Shown here: positions 60,945 through 64,000 of the stretch, one piece after another | Position numbering within the stretch: the first letter of the stretch is position 1 | Layout of the letters: every line of letters starts with the position of its first letter | Assembly (NCBI RefSeq): GCF_009914755.1 | Contig: NC_060925.1 | Direction: 5' to 3' (one strand) | From: the human T2T-CHM13v2.0 reference genome, Homo sapiens | Length of the DNA stretch: 64,000 nucleotides | Translations under genes and position numbers: made by a program | Notes under the pieces: generated by a model | What the model was told of the DNA's origin: nothing | The model's database searches: none | Seen by the model: only the letters and a program-made list of their open reading frames with translations

Positions 60945-61885
60945 TATATGTGTACTGTAAAAATAGAAAGCTAGGTGTAACGTTGAAAAAAGAAGTTACA
61001 AATAAGAAAGAGGAAATAACTACAATATACTGTGCTGCTATTGGATTGAAATTAGTATACTATTGTAAACTCATGGTTTTTAATGCACAGAGATAGATGT
61101 AGAAATATAGATGTATATGTATGGTGTGTGTGTGAGCATACATTCATATATTTTTCTAGCACTAAGAGGGTCTGAGAGCTACTAAATTACTATAGTAATG
61201 AACACAATTAGTGTCTATATCTTAGTTTCTAAATATCTTTCTCCATTAAAAGGAACCAAGACTCCTTGGATAAGTGGCTGATTCCAGAGGTATAGCAGAT
61301 AAAGTATAAGGTAAGTCACAAAATTTGTGTCGGGCCAGAAGGAAATGCTTATATAATGAGGGGAATATCAAAAGGACACAAATGCCACCTTGAAAGTGCT
61401 TCTATTGGCCAAAATCTGAGACAATTTGAGCATTTGCATAATTCATTATAGTAACAGGATATAACCTATTAGGTAAAACTATGCTAAAACATGCTAATAT
61501 AGATGATAGGTTATTAGATTATTATATAGAGAGAGGAAGGTGGGGGAAGAAATGAGAAGAGAAAGCTTTGAAAGCTTTTTCTTATGGAAGAATGACAACT
61601 AATAGATATAGAAGAAATAATGAAGTTATTGGGACAGCCAATAAAATTGAATTACATTTATGGATTAAATTATAGTAATCTTAATTTGCTGATATTCATG
61701 CTAATTTTCTGATATAGTTTTTTTAAATAGAGAATTTCCTAATTCTTAAACTATGTATAAAATGATCGTAGTGATGAGCATCATGTCAACAATTTGTACT
61801 TAAATAATTTAGGATTTTAAAAAAATGTCCTTTGTGTTCTTCCTGCAATTTAACTGTAATTTATCTCAAAATTAAAAATTAAAAA
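60945..61885 (+). mobile_element. Old L1M (L1MC/MD-like) 3' remnant
   Basis: AAACTCATGGTTTTTAAT..GATGTAGAAATATAGATGT, AAAGGAACCAAGACTCCTTGGA.AA.TGGCTGATTCCAG, CTATTGGCCAAA.TCTG.GACAATTTGAGCAT. Confidence 0.65.
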
Positions 61886-63298
61886 ATCAGTTTAAAATAC
61901 CAAAAGTGAAAGGCTTTTTGCCTCAAAATCCATCTCGATTCCAAAGTAGCCATCTTTGAAAAATTATAATTTTCAGTACAAAGAAGGGAATTCTCACTGA
62001 TCGAAGTGTTAATATGTCAGATACATGAAATATCATATATGTTTGATTTAGAAGCATTAGAACCTAGAATCCACTGTGTACCTGGTTGTTCAAATAATAT
62101 TAATGATTTAGGCTGTTGTTAAATAAACAATTTGTGAATTTAACCATCACAAAAGTCAAGTGCAACACAAACGTCTGATAACCAAGCAATCTGCCTGGTT
62201 TGGTCATGGAGTTGCTAACTAACTAAAATTTATTTGATTTTACAGTCATCTTTATTATTTAATTAGTTCAGTCATATAGCAATTGTCTGTTCTGTCAGGC
62301 AAACTAGAAGTGCGAATCAATCACAAAATCTTCCACCTTCTCATTATATCTTAGACTCTATATTGAATTCATTACTTATTTATTGAATGGCTACTATATT
62401 CTTGATCATTTTCTAAGAACTGAGAATGTTAAATAAGGAATCTGCTTTCAAAGAGGTTATGGTTCCGCTGGGGAGACAAGTTTTACACAGATACCAAAAA
62501 AGTTTTGTCTACAGTTTTGTTCAGGAATTATGGATATAGCAGAAGTTCCAGTTTGATTCTATAATTTAGGATGTTTTTTAGCACTTTAATAGAACTGCTA
62601 CAAAGAGACAAAAGGAATCAATTTCTGAGACGGTCTTGGGAGTTGCCTAAGAAATACGAGAATGGATTTCATCTGTTTTGGGGGGAATTTTTATTTTGCT
62701 CTAATATTTGAGTTCTTGGTGGGAAGAAGGAAAGAAAGAAATAATATATAATATGGGTTTATCTAAATTTAGAATCCCGCAGTATACCCAGGTACTCATA
62801 TCTGTGCTATAGGGAGACAAAGGCTACAAGAAGATGCCAAGTGTGCTAATTTCATGTTGCTCGGTGGTCATGGGGACACAAGCAAGATGCACAAAAAAGT
62901 GGCACAACATGAGAGAGAGGAACCATCTTTCTTTTGTTGTTGTTGTTGTTAAAAACAGCTAGGCTTTGATACATCCAAAATTCATCACTCATAGTGCTTC
63001 TTTTCACTTTAACAGTTTGCTCTTTTCAACGTCATCAGGAGGCAGAACCCTTGGGATAGTCAGTGACATTGTGATTTCATTCTCAATAGCCACGATGATG
63101 AGGTACCATGTTCAAGTGTTTTTGAGAGCAGGCCAGAATAAAAGAACACGAAAAGACTAACCTGAGATCACTTATGTAGCCCACGAGAATTAAAGCAGGA
63201 ATGGAGCCAGGAAATCCTTCATTTTTCAATTGGGGGCATTGAAAGTTTTAAATGATGAGTTATTAATCGTAGTAGGATATTACCATAAATTACATAGA

Positions 63299-63500
63299 TA
63301 TATATATATGTGTGTGTGTGTGTGTATGTGTGTGTATATATATATGTGTGTGTGCTTGTGTGTATATCTGTGTTTATGTATCTACAATAGTTGAAAATAG
63401 TCTATAATCAAGACATTCTTCCTGTTATAAGCTCCATCTGAAGATAAGCTACATGTGCACTTAGGGGTGTGTGTGCGTGTGTGTGTGCGTGTGTGTGTGA
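63299..63500 (+). repeat. Compound (TA)n/(TG)n microsatellites
   Basis: Runs at 63299-63380 and 63468-63499. Confidence 0.9.
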
Positions 63501-63713
63501 ATGTGTTTTCCACAATATTATTTGTAAAGCCAGTCTCCAATTCTTGATTCAGTTTGACTACATAGGTATGTCCATACTTCTTCTATTGCAATTATTGATA
63601 GATAAATATTTCAGTTACAGTTTCTTAGTTTATGTATTGATACAACCACGTCTGTTCTACAAATTGATGACATCCTTTGCTGAAAGTTCCCTAAAATGAT
63701 TTATCTACTATGA

Positions 63714-64000
63714 TTTTTTTCCTTTTTTATTTTTTATTTTTGTGGGTAAATGTTAGTTGTATATATTTATGGGATACATGAGATGTTTTGATACAGGCAT
63801 GCAAAGTGAAATAAGCACACCATGGAGAAGGGAGTATCCATCCCCTCAAGCATTTATCCTTTGAGTTATACTTTTTATTTTAAAATGCAAAATTTAAGTT
63901 ATTATTGACTATAATCACCCTGTTGTGCTATCAAATAGTATATCTTATTCATTCTTTCTATTCTTTTGTACCCACTAACCATTGCCAGCTCCTCCCCAGC
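63714..64000 (-). mobile_element. L1MA (MA1-MA4-like) 3' end, continues past window edge
   Basis: TTTTGTGGGTA..GTATATATTTATGGG.TACATGAGATGTTTTGATACAGGCATGCAA..TATCCATCCCCTCAAGCATTTATCCTTTG. Confidence 0.88.

Overview
AT-rich primate genomic DNA, almost certainly human because two AluYa5 copies carry all five diagnostic bases. It looks intronic or intergenic, and I recognise no host protein-coding exon, RNA gene, CRISPR array or prokaryotic feature. The window is dominated by transposable-element fossils: a near full-length, inactivated HERV-L provirus (9798-16355; MLT2A1-type LTRs, gag, pro, RT, RNase H, IN, dUTPase, no env), a twin-primed 5'-inverted L1PA (5746-8158), several 5'-truncated L1s (one keeps an unbroken ~510-codon ORF2 C-terminal frame), Alus, MaLR LTRs, L2/MIR and DNA transposons, including a triple nest Tigger3a>MST>Alu. 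The most interesting items not explained by repeats are a set of strong minus-strand splice-site pairs that can be joined into one 134-codon frame, a possible MLT2A1-driven plus-strand chimeric exon, and two young inverted AluYa5 only ~3.9 kb apart. All repeat-family calls come from remembered consensus sequences, not database searches. Boundaries of old elements are approximate.
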